Shown here piece by piece: positions 40,654 through 51,244 of a DNA stretch of 64,000 nucleotides; within the stretch, counting starts at the first letter, position 1; each line of letters opens with the position of its first letter. Source of the stretch: Bacteroidia bacterium (GTDB lineage Bacteria > Bacteroidota > Bacteroidia > Bacteroidales > JAPLDU01); NCBI GenBank assembly GCA_026391255.1, contig JAPLDU010000085.1, positions 11,376 to 75,375 on the forward strand. Reading direction: 5' to 3'. Both the position numbers and the translations under genes were made by a program. The notes beneath the pieces were generated by a model. That model was not told the origin of the DNA. It searched no databases and worked only from the letters and a program-made list of their open reading frames with translations.

Positions 40654-43143
40654 TCACAATCCCAGCTTACGTTTTACATCGGCCGGAGTTTCGGCATTTT
40701 TTATATCGTTGTTCAGTACGGAATTATCCTTGCCGGCAATTGAAATCAACTTGAGTAACAAAAACTCAATATCCTCTCCCATCAACATTTTCTTTTCAAT
40801 ATTGATTTCATCATTGTATGCAGATAATAGCTCATTGCAGGCCATTTTCCCTTTCTTGTAAATATTTTTGACATCCTTGCGACTCTTATATAAGTCGTTA
40901 AATTCGTTGAATTTGGCGCTCAGTTTATCCCCCTGATCTTTCATCCTGGTGAAATTTTCATTGTAATATTTTAATTTCTCCAGAACCTTCTTTCCAAGAT
41001 TTACTTTGGTTGTTACTGATCCGTTTTCATCGTATTCTTTAAACTTCAGGAGGAATGGGACGATTTCTGCTTTATATAGAGGTGAGTAAAATTTCTTATA
41101 TTTTGTCTGAACATCTGGTAAAAGAACTGCAATATTGCTATTGATTTCCTTCAGTTCCGGAAGAATTTTCTCAACTATTTCAAGCCTGTCAAGGATGATC
41201 TTACCCATTGCAATCTTTTTTTCGACTGTCTCGAGCTTGCCATATTCTTTAAATTTTGTCTTTAATTCCTTGATTTCAGTTTTATTCACAACAGGAAAGG
41301 CATCTTTATAACCTGTCTCAGACTGCTGAAGCCTTTGTGAAATATCATTTTCCTGCTCTTTAAGAGTTCCGAAATTATCTGTCATTAAGTGAATATCGGC
41401 TAAAATTTTCTCTCCCTGTTTTATGCGGTCGGCAATCATGGTACATGCCTGGTATAAATCAATCCCGGTACCGATTTCCTTGATTTTGTCCTACTTCTGT
41501 GTTCGCAATATAATGTAATCTGAACCATATGATTTCAGTTTGTCAAGAAGGTCTTTCCCCGTGGCCAGCCTGGATACTGCTGTTCCAATGTTTTCATATT
41601 CGTTCTTTTTTGTTTCAAAGGAAAGAATCTCTTTGTTGTAAATGCCTGGAAAATGATCATGGTAATGTGATTTTACTGCCGGTAAACTTTCATCTAATTT
41701 TTTGTCAATCTGTTGAATTTCAATATATATACTGTCGAGAGCATTCATTTTTGCAATGATTTTTGCTCCTTCTTCCAATCTCCTCGCAATCAATGTGTCG
41801 GCTTTATTTCTTGAAATCTCAGCTTCAATTGGCTTTATATCATTTTTAAAAATTCCGGGGTAGTCCTTCAGGTAATTATCTCTTAGTGAAGGGTATTTCG
41901 TATTTATCAGCATTTCATTGGAAGTCATCTTCTCTAATGATGACCCGAGGAATTCAAGATTTTTCAGGACTGATGCTCCCTTTGCCAGTTTTAGTTCAGC
42001 AGAATCAATGGTTTTGTATGCCGTAATATCTTTCTCAAAAGGATCAAGATAGCATTTTATAAGGACAGGAAAATTCTGGTTTATCTTATTCCTCACACCT
42101 GGCAGGCTTCCCAGCAAATAACTGTCAATCATGTCGAACTGGCTGTACCATGAGTCAAGTGAATCAAGCCTGGTTACCAATTTATTACCAATACTGATCT
42201 TTAACTCCAGAGAATCGGTTGAATGATAAAGATCAGCCTGTTTGTTCAGGTTTGTTACCTGTCGCGAATAAATTGCCGGGTAATTGGTTTTATAGTTATT
42301 ACCGAAAACCGCAAGCTTGTTATTTAGCTCATTATCAATGGCCAGCAACCTGTCAATATTTTTTTCCGACCGGTTAAAAGAAATGATAGCCGCAACTCCT
42401 GCTTTATTTCTGAGCTGAAGTGAGTCGGACCTGTAGAATATTTTTAGGTCTGAGTCAACCTCTGAAAGTCTTTTCTGATAAGCACTGTAAAGTTTGCCCT
42501 TGTAATTATTTTGAATCTTACCTGAAATCCTGAGTATTTCTTTTTTATATGACAGGTAATCTTCAACATCAGAACTGAAATTAATCATATCGCCGATCAG
42601 TCTTAATCCTATGTAATATTTCAGGCTGTCATCTGCCAGTAACTTATAATTACCAACACGTTCATTGAAGTAAGCAGTCTTCTTGCTGAACAATGTATCG
42701 CTACTGCCTGAAAGTGATATGATTGCCGTCATTAATGAGTCGATGAGCTTTTTGTGCAAATCCTGTTTTGCCTTCTGCAGGTGTCCGTTATTAATAAATT
42801 CGAGTCTTGAAATATTCCCTGAACCGTTGTACCTGAGATTGTATCCTGTAATATTCTCATTTTGAATAATGCCGGCACTTATTACCCTGGCATCATCATT
42901 TCTGGTGATCCATTGTCCGGTCTTGTTGTTATTCTGATAGAAGCCTTTTGAAACCAGGCATCCGTTCAAGTTGTACTGTTCGTAGAATCCATTCCTGACG
43001 GTGGTATCATTATCAGCCACTCCGAATCTTTCTTTTATTAATTTATGGTTCTGGTCGTAAAATACGAGCCTGCTGTTGTTTTGCGCCGTCAGGCAGCTGA
43101 ATGTCAGCATGTGAAAAAATAAAATGAGAAATATACTTTTCAT
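40654..43143 (-). pseudogene. Exported MORN/YwqK-like + 70-aa helical repeat protein split by one in-frame TAG (41491-41493)
   Basis: ORFs 41491..43188 and 40654..41439 are in frame, joined by 17 sense codons after the TAG; same repeat on both sides. Confidence 0.75.
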
Positions 43144-43201
43144 TTTATCTGAAATTGTCATGTAAAATTTAAATTGATTTTGTACCAAGAATCAGGAAAT
43201 T

Positions 43202-43712
43202 AAAAACTGATTTGAATTTTATTTATTTCTATTATATTATTCATATTCAACTTCTTTTGTATGCCCAAAAGAACTAAGCGAAGCGGTCTCACGAACCCCG
43301 ACCTGTCGGGGTGAGTAACCAAAAAGGCACCACGAACGAGACGTTTCGACAAGCTCAACGCCCACTTCTTTTGGTAACGGCCATTGAGCCTGTCGAAATG
43401 GCATGTTGTATTCCACACCGTTCGTGGACGTCCAACGCACAGGGCTTTCATAGTCACATTTAAGTAAAATGAACATAGGAAAAATCATTTTTTTCAAATA
43501 TTTTCATAATAAATGAGTGCGAAGCATAAAATAAATAATTCCTTATCAACGAATTGCTGTTTGAGTGAAGTCGAGGATGGTGTCTGAGCTTGCCGAAGAC
43601 CGAGACGGAACGAGTTCAATTCGTTAATTCTCCTTTGCTTACTTTTTGTGACGACAAAAAGTAAGAAGAAAAAAATGCAAAAAATCAACTGGAAAAAATT
43701 CAAAACAGTTTA
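43202..43712. mobile_element. MITE-like family A copy 2
   Basis: TIR AAACTGATTTGAATTTT / AAAATTCAAAACAGTTT (16/17). Confidence 0.88.
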
Positions 43713-43826
43713 TTTATCAGTGAAAATTAATATGTCCGCAATAAGTTGTTCTTATTTGATGATTTAGCGTCTCCTGGTTAAATAATTGAACAAAAAATCA
43801 TAATACAGTAAATAATTAATCAGGTA

Positions 43827-44438
43827 TTATTTGATAAGAAAATCCATCATGAGTTCATTTCCCAGGTAAGCCTTCAGGTTATCTCCGATTTTTACCGGAC
43901 TTACTCCTGCCGGTGTACCCGTGTAAATCATATCACCAGTTTTAAATGTAATAAACCGGGAAACATAGCTGATTATTTCTTCAAAGCTGAAAACCATGTC
44001 CCGTGTATTGCCCTGTTGCACCGTTTTGTCATTGATATCCAGTCTGAAATTGATTTTTTTCATATCATTGAAATTTTCCTTCGGGATAAATTTACTGATG
44101 GCAGCCGAGTTATCGAATCCTTTGGCCATTTCCCAGGGTAATCCTTCAGCCATGCACTTTCTTTGAAGGTCGCGGGCAGTAAAATCAATTCCAATACCAA
44201 TCTTATCATAATAACGGCCGGCAAATGCGGGAGAAATGTTTTTACCAACTTTCCCAATCCTGAGAACTATCTCAACTTCGTAATGCAGATCAGTGGAAAA
44301 ATCAGGATAATAAAATGGCTGATCATTGATCAGTAAAGCTGAATCGGGTTTAAAAAAGAAAACAGGTTCAACCGGTAAAGGGTTATTCAGTTCTTTCGCA
44401 TGATCAGCGTAATTTCTTCCTATGCATATGATTTTCAT
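43827..44438 (-). CDS. Fumarylacetoacetate hydrolase family protein
   Basis: KIICIGRNYADHAKEL, HYEVE, DFTARDLQ, GDMIYTGTPAGV. Confidence 0.96.
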   Translation of the reverse strand: MKIICIGRNYADHAKELNNPLPVEPVFFFKPDSALLINDQPFYYPDFSTDLHYEVEIVLRIGKVGKNISPAFAGRYYDKIGIGIDFTARDLQRKCMAEGLPWEMAKGFDNSAAISKFIPKENFNDMKKINFRLDINDKTVQQGNTRDMVFSFEEIISYVSRFITFKTGDMIYTGTPAGVSPVKIGDNLKAYLGNELMMDFLIK

Positions 44439-44511
44439 CTGTTCATTTGTTTATTGGAGTTTCAAACTTACATAATTTATTATTATCAGCGGGACTAAAT
44501 TTTCATTATCC

Positions 44512-44697
44512 TAGCCTGCCGAGCCAGAACCAAACAAGAAATAACAAATCTCAAAAGACAAAAAACAAATAAATCTCAATCAACAAAATGACAAATTCAA
44601 AGTAGTTTGTTTTTTATTTGAAATTTTGATATTGTTAATTATTTGTTTTTTGTGATTTGTTATTTGGAATTTTTTGCCAACACGCGTCAGGAATCCA
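44512..44697. repeat. Family C dispersed AT-rich hairpin repeat, copy 2
   Basis: GCCGAGCCAG.ACCAAACAAGAAAT...TTTTGCCAA matches 19395-19580. Confidence 0.8.
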
Positions 44698-44830
44698 GAT
44701 ATAAGGTACTTATTAACCGGAACTTTGGAATACATGTTTAGGTTAAATAATTCTGATTCGTAAATGCAACTAATTTTTCAACCGGTGCATCGTTTATAAT
44801 TTGTATATTTATCTTTTTGAAAAAAATAAC

Positions 44831-46768
44831 ATGTTTAAAAGTCTGATATCCGGAATTTGCCTGATGATCCTTACAATTTCCCTGCATGCACAGGAGGAGG
44901 TGACCACTTCTTCGGGCAAAGCTGCACGCCATTATAAACTGGCAACTGAATACTATGATGTGCGAAAAGATATACAGGCGCTGGAAGAGCTTAATGTTGC
45001 CATCAGCGCTGATAATAAATTTATTGAAGCTTACTTACTCAGGTCGGATATATACCATGACATGCAAAATTATTCCAGGGAAGTCGCAGACCTAAAGAAA
45101 GCCATTTCCATCAATCCTGAGTTTTTCCCATCGGCTTATTATAATCTTGGAAGAGCTCTACTCTTGACAGGACAATATGAAGAAGCCAAAAATAATTATC
45201 AGTTTTTCCTGGAAACCGGTAACAAACCGGAATTAAGTAAAAAAGCAAAGGAAAAAATAAAGCAGTGTGATTTTGCCATCAATGTCATGAAACATCCTGT
45301 GCCCTTTGAACCAAAGAACCTTGGGGAGAACGTGAATACCGAATGGGATGATTATAGTCCGTCACTCACTGCTGACGAAAATACAATTATTACCACGGTG
45401 GATGTTCCTTTTCCTGACGTACCAAAGAATAAGATAAGCGAGGCTACCAGCCAGGAAGATTTTTATATCAGTCATAAAGTGAACGGTGAATGGACAAAAG
45501 CCAGGCCATTTGGGGCTCCATTGAATACCGACGGTAATGAAGGTGCCCAAAGTATTTCGGCCGACGGGCAGTTTATGATATTTACTGCTTGCAACCGCAA
45601 AGATTCATATGGCAGTTGCGATTTGTATTTTTCAGCCAAGCGTGGAAATAGCTGGACTTTACCCGTTAACATGGGATCTCCCGTCAATACACAATACTGG
45701 GAATCGCAGCCATCCATTTCTTCTGATGGCAAGACTTTGTATTTTGTGAGTAACAGGCCGGGAGGCAAAGGAAACATGGATATCTGGAAAACCATCCTGC
45801 AGGAAGACGGGAAATGGAGTATGCCGGTCAACCTCGGCGACAGCATCAATACTCCTGATGATGAGATGAGCCCGTTTATTCACCCTGACAACCAGACTTT
45901 CTATTTTGCATCTACCGGGTGGCCCGGAATGGGTAACTTCGACATTTTTGTATCGCGGAAAAATGCTGCCGGTGAATGGGGAACTCCTAAAAATCTCGGT
46001 TACCCGATCAATACTTTCCAGGATGAAAGCAGTCTGATCGTAAATGCAAAGGGTACCACTGCCTATTATTCGACCGAGCGTCCCGGCAGCCGTAAAAAAG
46101 ATATTTACACCTTTGATTTGTACGAACAGGCAAAACCCATTCAAACCAACTATGTCAAAGGAAAAATCATTGACGATGAAACAGGTGAACCCCTCGAAGC
46201 CAGGCTTCAGTTAATTGATATTGACAATAACGTCACCATAGCCGAAACATGGTCCAATAAAACCGATGGTGAGTACCTGGTCTGCCTTCCGGTAGATAAA
46301 AATTACTCGCTGAATATTTCAAAAGACGACCACCTGTTTCATTCAGAAAATTTTTCACTGAAAAATCTAAAAGATCCTTCCAAGCCCTATAATATTGATA
46401 TCAGAATGAAACCTATCAAAGTCGGGGAAAAGGTAGTACTGAACAATATTTTCTTTAAAACCAATATGTATGACCTTCAACCGGAATCACAATCCGAACT
46501 TGATAAGCTGGTCGATTTCATGACCAAAAATCCCGGGATAAAGGTAGAAATTGGAGGACATACCGATAACGTGGGATCAGATGAGTTGAACCAGACCTTG
46601 TCTGAAAACCGTGCAAAATCAGTGGTGGATTACTTAGTGGCTCATAAGATCAGTAGCGGCAGGATCAATTACAAAGGTTACGGTAAAACAATGCCGGTTG
46701 CTACCAATGATACCGAAGAAGGAAGGGCGCTGAACAGGCGAACCGAGTTTAAGATTATTGACAAATAA
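44831..46768 (+). CDS. PorE-like TPR-PD40-OmpA domain protein
   Basis: TPRs, PD40 repeats (PSISSDGKTLYFVSNR), OmpA C-terminus GHTD..G....N..LSENRA..NRRTE. Confidence 0.92.
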   Translation: MFKSLISGICLMILTISLHAQEEVTTSSGKAARHYKLATEYYDVRKDIQALEELNVAISADNKFIEAYLLRSDIYHDMQNYSREVADLKKAISINPEFFPSAYYNLGRALLLTGQYEEAKNNYQFFLETGNKPELSKKAKEKIKQCDFAINVMKHPVPFEPKNLGENVNTEWDDYSPSLTADENTIITTVDVPFPDVPKNKISEATSQEDFYISHKVNGEWTKARPFGAPLNTDGNEGAQSISADGQFMIFTACNRKDSYGSCDLYFSAKRGNSWTLPVNMGSPVNTQYWESQPSISSDGKTLYFVSNRPGGKGNMDIWKTILQEDGKWSMPVNLGDSINTPDDEMSPFIHPDNQTFYFASTGWPGMGNFDIFVSRKNAAGEWGTPKNLGYPINTFQDESSLIVNAKGTTAYYSTERPGSRKKDIYTFDLYEQAKPIQTNYVKGKIIDDETGEPLEARLQLIDIDNNVTIAETWSNKTDGEYLVCLPVDKNYSLNISKDDHLFHSENFSLKNLKDPSKPYNIDIRMKPIKVGEKVVLNNIFFKTNMYDLQPESQSELDKLVDFMTKNPGIKVEIGGHTDNVGSDELNQTLSENRAKSVVDYLVAHKISSGRINYKGYGKTMPVATNDTEEGRALNRRTEFKIIDK

Positions 46769-46807
46769 CAAGTAATTTTGGACTTGGTTTTCAAATCTTC
46801 AAATTTT

Positions 46808-46961
46808 GAATCCACTCCGAAAAGGGTCAAATCTTAAAAGTGTCAGGGCTAAAGCCCTATATTTCAGAGATATTAATAACCCCGGCCTTAAGACCGGGGT
46901 TATTGAAAACCAATTAGTTACTGGACTTTAGTCCAGAATGTTCACTTTCCGGAATGGACTC
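46808..46961. mobile_element. MITE-like element (GARTCCAYTCCGRAAAG ends) with REP cargo
   Basis: GAATCCACTCCGAAAAG ... CTTTCCGGAATGGACTC, flanked by AATTTT on both sides; contains GGGCTAAAGCCC, AACCCCGG..CCGGGGTT, GGACTTTAGTCC. Confidence 0.75.
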
Positions 46962-47093
46962 AATTTTCAAATCTTCAAATCTTCAAATTGTTATTTCACT
47001 ATGTTGTATAACTGCAAATATTATGCTTTCGAAACATAAACATTTAATTTAAATAATGATATATTTGCATATTCACATATAAATTTTCGGGAC

Positions 47094-47399
47094 ATGAAAA
47101 TTTCTGATTTAAAAGCAGAGCAGTTAGAACATGCATCTAACATGTTAAAAGCCATTGCACATCCGGTAAGGATTGCAATATTAAGTCACCTTGAAGACGG
47201 TAAAAAACTTACGGTCACCCAGATATATGAATTGCTGAACATTGAACAGTCGACCACTTCACACCATCTTGGAATTCTCAAGGATAAAGGAGTTCTTCTG
47301 TCACAAAGAGAGGGTAAGAATACCTATTATTACCTGAAGCATTCAAGTTTGTTTTCCATTATTAATTGTGTTAGTAAGGTAACCATGGAAGGCTTTTAG
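47094..47399 (+). CDS. ArsR/SmtB-family regulator
   Basis: LKAIAHPVRIAIL, QSTTSHHL.IL. Confidence 0.93.
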   Translation: MKISDLKAEQLEHASNMLKAIAHPVRIAILSHLEDGKKLTVTQIYELLNIEQSTTSHHLGILKDKGVLLSQREGKNTYYYLKHSSLFSIINCVSKVTMEGF

Positions 47400-47422
47400 A
47401 ACTGCTTCTTCAAAAAAAAAGG

Positions 47423-47464
47423 AAAAAGCCAATCCGGAAAAAAACCCGATATTGGCTTTTTTTT
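47423..47464 (+). terminator. Probable intrinsic terminator
   Basis: AAAAGCCAAT...ATTGGCTTTT followed by a T run. Confidence 0.55.
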
Positions 47465-47481
47465 ATGCAAATATATTCGAT

Positions 47482-47931
47482 ATGTCAGTAATCAGGGTAA
47501 CCAGGGAGTTCCATTTTGAAATGGCACATGCACTGTGGAATTATGATGGTGATTGCAGGTACATTCACGGCCATTCCTACAGGCTTTTTGTCACGGTATC
47601 GGGCCGGCCAAACACAGGTGACGATAATCCCAAAGCAGGGATGGTCATTGATTTTGGTGACCTGAAGAAGATAGTCCATGAAAATATCATTTCGCAATTT
47701 GATCATTCCTTGGCGATCAACTCATTGGCCATCAATGACAATACTTCACCTTATAAACAAATGCCCGATAAATTGGTTGTACTGAACTTCCAGCCAACCT
47801 GCGAAAACCTGGTAACTGACTTTGCCTTGCGGATTGCAGAAAAACTGCCCGGCCATCTTGTTCTTTTCAGTGTAAGGCTGCAGGAGACCGCAACATCCTG
47901 GGCCGAATGGTTTGCTTCCGATAATTCCTGA
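47482..47931 (+). CDS. queD: 6-carboxy-5,6,7,8-tetrahydropterin synthase
   Basis: FEMAH.L..Y.G.C..IHGHSY, DH, PTCEN, ET. Confidence 0.93.
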   Translation: MSVIRVTREFHFEMAHALWNYDGDCRYIHGHSYRLFVTVSGRPNTGDDNPKAGMVIDFGDLKKIVHENIISQFDHSLAINSLAINDNTSPYKQMPDKLVVLNFQPTCENLVTDFALRIAEKLPGHLVLFSVRLQETATSWAEWFASDNS

Positions 47932-47936
47932 TATTT

Positions 47937-50762
47937 ATGTTTCAGATTATGAATGAAAAAAGATTATTCCTTCTCGATGCTTATGCGCTGATATTCAGGG
48001 CATATTATGCCTTTATCAAAAACCCGAGGATCACCTCAAAAGGACTGAATACTTCTGCTGTTTTCGGGTTTACCCTGGCGCTCGAGGAATTGCTGAGGAA
48101 GGAAAAACCTACTCACATCGCAGTGGTTTTTGATCCGCCGGGCGGTACTTTCAGGCACCAGATGTACGAACAGTACAAGGCCCACAGGGATGAAACCCCC
48201 GAAGGTATTAAGGTGGCCGTTCCATTTATCAAAGAGATCATCAGCGCGTTTAAAATACCCATCATCGAAGTGCCCGGTTTTGAAGCTGATGATGTGATAG
48301 GCACCCTGGCAAAAAAAGCAGAAACCCTGAATTATACCACACTGATGATGACATCCGACAAAGACTACGGACAGCTTGTATCGGAACATATTTTTATGTT
48401 TAAACCGAAACGCCTGGGGAATGAAGTGGAAATCTGGGGAGTGGAAGAAGTCTGTAAAAACTTTGAGATCAATAATCCGCTCCAGGTGATTGATCTGCTT
48501 GCCTTGTGGGGCGATGCATCCGATAATATCCCCGGGGTGAAGGGAATTGGTGAAAAAACCGCCGGAAAGCTGATCCGTGAATTCGGCAGTGTGGAAAAAA
48601 TAATTGAGAATATTGATAAACTGAAGGAAAAGGAAAGGGAGAAAATCCTGGCTTCCCTTGATGACCTTAAAATGTCAAAGGTTTTATCGACCATCAGGCT
48701 GGACGTACCGGTCGAATTCGATGAGGATAAGCTGATCATGGAAGCGCCAGATGAGGAAAAACTGAGGAAAATATTTGCAGAACTTGAATTTAAGACTCTT
48801 GCCGATCGTTTCCTTGGTATCGGTAAGGTAATTCCTAATACAATTCCACCATCACCCGCTCAACCGGACCTTTTCAATACCGGGGTGCAGCCTGACCTTT
48901 TCAGCGTTCCGGCTGAAACTGAGTCTGTGATGGAAACCCCGGTCAACCTCAGCAATATCTCAACCATTGAACATACTTATCACCTGACAGATGATCATGA
49001 AAAACGCAGGTCGCTCATTGAATTGCTGATGAAGCAACCTGAATTTTGCTTTGATACCGAAACCACCGGACTTGATACCAGTACCGCCGAATTAGTGGGC
49101 ATGTCATTTTCCTTCAAAGACCACGAAGCTTATTATATTCCAATTCCTGCCGATCAGTCCGAAGCATTGCAGATCATTCAGGAATTCAGACCTGTCTTTG
49201 AAAACCCGGCCATTCGTAAGATCGGGCAGAACATTAAATTCGACATGCTCATGCTTGGCAATTACGGGGTGGAAGTGAAGGGTGTGCTTTTTGATACTAT
49301 GATTGCTCATTACCTGGTGCAGCCTGAGCTGAGGCATAATATGGATTTTCTTTCGGAGGTCTATCTTGGCTACAAACCGGTATCTATTGATGAACTCATT
49401 GGGAAAAAAGGGAAAGATCAGTTAAGCATGCGTTTTGTTGAAGTGGGTAAAATAAAGGAATATGCCGCCGAAGATGCTGATGTTACCTGGCAGCTTAAAC
49501 CATTGCTCGAAAAAGAGCTGCAGAAATATCAAATGACCTCACTGGCCGGTGATATCGAGATGCCGCTGGTCAGGGTGCTTGCAGCCATTGAAAAAACAGG
49601 TGTTTCACTGAATGTTGATGCATTGAATGCATATGCTGTCGAATTAAACAGGAAAACAGCATTACTTGAATCAGAAATTCAACTTATGGCAGGCATACAG
49701 TTTAATATATCATCACCCAAACAAATGGGTGAGGTGCTTTTCAACAAACTGAAGATCATTGATGATCCAAAGATGACCAGGACAAAGCAATTTGCCACCG
49801 GCGAGGAGGAATTACAGAAAATGGCCGATAAGCATCCTATCATCAATAAAATTCTTGAATACCGTGGTTTTAAGAAATTGTTGTCGACCTATGTGGAAAC
49901 ATTGCCTAAGCTGATCAGCCCGGTTACGGGGAAAATCCATACTTCCTACAACCAGGCTGTAACTTCCACCGGGAGGCTCAGTTCCAATAACCCCAATCTG
50001 CAGAACATTCCTGTGCGGGATGAGGAAGGAAGGGAGATTCGCAAAGCCTTTATTCCTTCGGGTTCTGACAATATTTTCATGGCAGCCGACTATTCACAGA
50101 TCGAACTCAGGCTGATGGCACACCTGAGCGAAGACAGCAGCATGATAGAAGCGTTCAGACAAAACACTGATATTCATGCGGCAACTGCTGCCAAAATATT
50201 TAAGATCAGCCTGGACCAGGTGACCCGCGAAATGAGGTCGAAAGCCAAAGTTGCCAACTTCGGAATCATTTATGGTATTTCTGCTTTCGGCTTGTCACAA
50301 CGCCTGAATATCACACGCACTGAAGGCAAACAACTTATTGACGGGTATTTTGCCACTTATCCCGGTGTAAAAAAATACATGGACCATTGCATCATGAAAG
50401 CCAGGGAAGCAGGATATGTTGAGACCCTGCTTGGCAGACGGAGATACCTTGCAGATATTAATTCCCGTAATGCCGTAGTCAGGGGCTTTGCCGAGAGAAA
50501 TGCCATCAATGCCCCTATCCAGGGCTCGGCTGCAGATATAATAAAAATTGCCATGGTCAGAATTTACAACCGGTTTGAATCATTGAAGCTACGGTCAAAG
50601 ATGATCCTGCAGGTACATGACGAACTTGATTTTGACGTGTACAAGCCTGAACTTGACCAGGTAAAAGAAATTGTAACCAGTGAAATGCAGAATGCCCTCG
50701 AAATGAAAGTCCCGCTGGTAGTTGAAATCGGCACAGGTAACAACTGGCTGGAAGCCCATTGA
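47937..50762 (+). CDS. polA: DNA polymerase I
   Basis: 5'-3' exonuclease, DTETT, TGRLSS.NPNLQNIP, DYSQIELR, QVHDEL. Confidence 0.99.
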   Translation: MFQIMNEKRLFLLDAYALIFRAYYAFIKNPRITSKGLNTSAVFGFTLALEELLRKEKPTHIAVVFDPPGGTFRHQMYEQYKAHRDETPEGIKVAVPFIKEIISAFKIPIIEVPGFEADDVIGTLAKKAETLNYTTLMMTSDKDYGQLVSEHIFMFKPKRLGNEVEIWGVEEVCKNFEINNPLQVIDLLALWGDASDNIPGVKGIGEKTAGKLIREFGSVEKIIENIDKLKEKEREKILASLDDLKMSKVLSTIRLDVPVEFDEDKLIMEAPDEEKLRKIFAELEFKTLADRFLGIGKVIPNTIPPSPAQPDLFNTGVQPDLFSVPAETESVMETPVNLSNISTIEHTYHLTDDHEKRRSLIELLMKQPEFCFDTETTGLDTSTAELVGMSFSFKDHEAYYIPIPADQSEALQIIQEFRPVFENPAIRKIGQNIKFDMLMLGNYGVEVKGVLFDTMIAHYLVQPELRHNMDFLSEVYLGYKPVSIDELIGKKGKDQLSMRFVEVGKIKEYAAEDADVTWQLKPLLEKELQKYQMTSLAGDIEMPLVRVLAAIEKTGVSLNVDALNAYAVELNRKTALLESEIQLMAGIQFNISSPKQMGEVLFNKLKIIDDPKMTRTKQFATGEEELQKMADKHPIINKILEYRGFKKLLSTYVETLPKLISPVTGKIHTSYNQAVTSTGRLSSNNPNLQNIPVRDEEGREIRKAFIPSGSDNIFMAADYSQIELRLMAHLSEDSSMIEAFRQNTDIHAATAAKIFKISLDQVTREMRSKAKVANFGIIYGISAFGLSQRLNITRTEGKQLIDGYFATYPGVKKYMDHCIMKAREAGYVETLLGRRRYLADINSRNAVVRGFAERNAINAPIQGSAADIIKIAMVRIYNRFESLKLRSKMILQVHDELDFDVYKPELDQVKEIVTSEMQNALEMKVPLVVEIGTGNNWLEAH

Positions 50763-50785
50763 TTCTGCAGAATAATCTCTAAATT

Positions 50786-51226
50786 AAAAAACTGTTTTGA
50801 ATTTTAAATATTTATGTTATATCATTCATATTCAACTTCTTTTGCTTGCCCAAAAGGGCACCACGAACGAGAATACAACATGCACTTTCGCAAGGCCTAC
50901 GCGATCGGGTCTGTGCATGTTGTATTCCACACCGTTCGTGGACAGCCAACGCACAGGGCTTTCATGGTTAAATTTATGTAAAATAATATAGGAAAAGTTA
51001 TTTTTTTCAAATATTTTCATAATAAATGAATGCGAAGCATAAAATAAAAAATTCCTTGTCAACGAATTGCTGTTTGAGTGAAGTCGAGGATGGTGTCTGA
51101 GCTTGCCGAAGACCGAGACGGAACGAGTTCAATTCGTTAAGTCTTTTTTGCTTACTTTTTGTGACGACAAAAAGTAAGAAGAAAAAAATACACAAAATCA
51201 TCTGGTAAAAATTCATAACAGATTCT
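50786..51226. mobile_element. MITE-like family A copy 3 (lacks the CTAAGCGAAGC module)
   Basis: AAACTGTTTTGAATTTT ... AAAATTCATAACAGATTCT. Confidence 0.88.
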
Positions 51227-51244
51227 AAATCATAGAAAAGTTAT

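Noticed and set aside
41491-41493. Pyrrolysine or programmed amber readthrough
   Set aside because: The repeat register shows 22 codons missing exactly at the stop, other genes here use TAG as a normal stop, and no pyl genes are visible.
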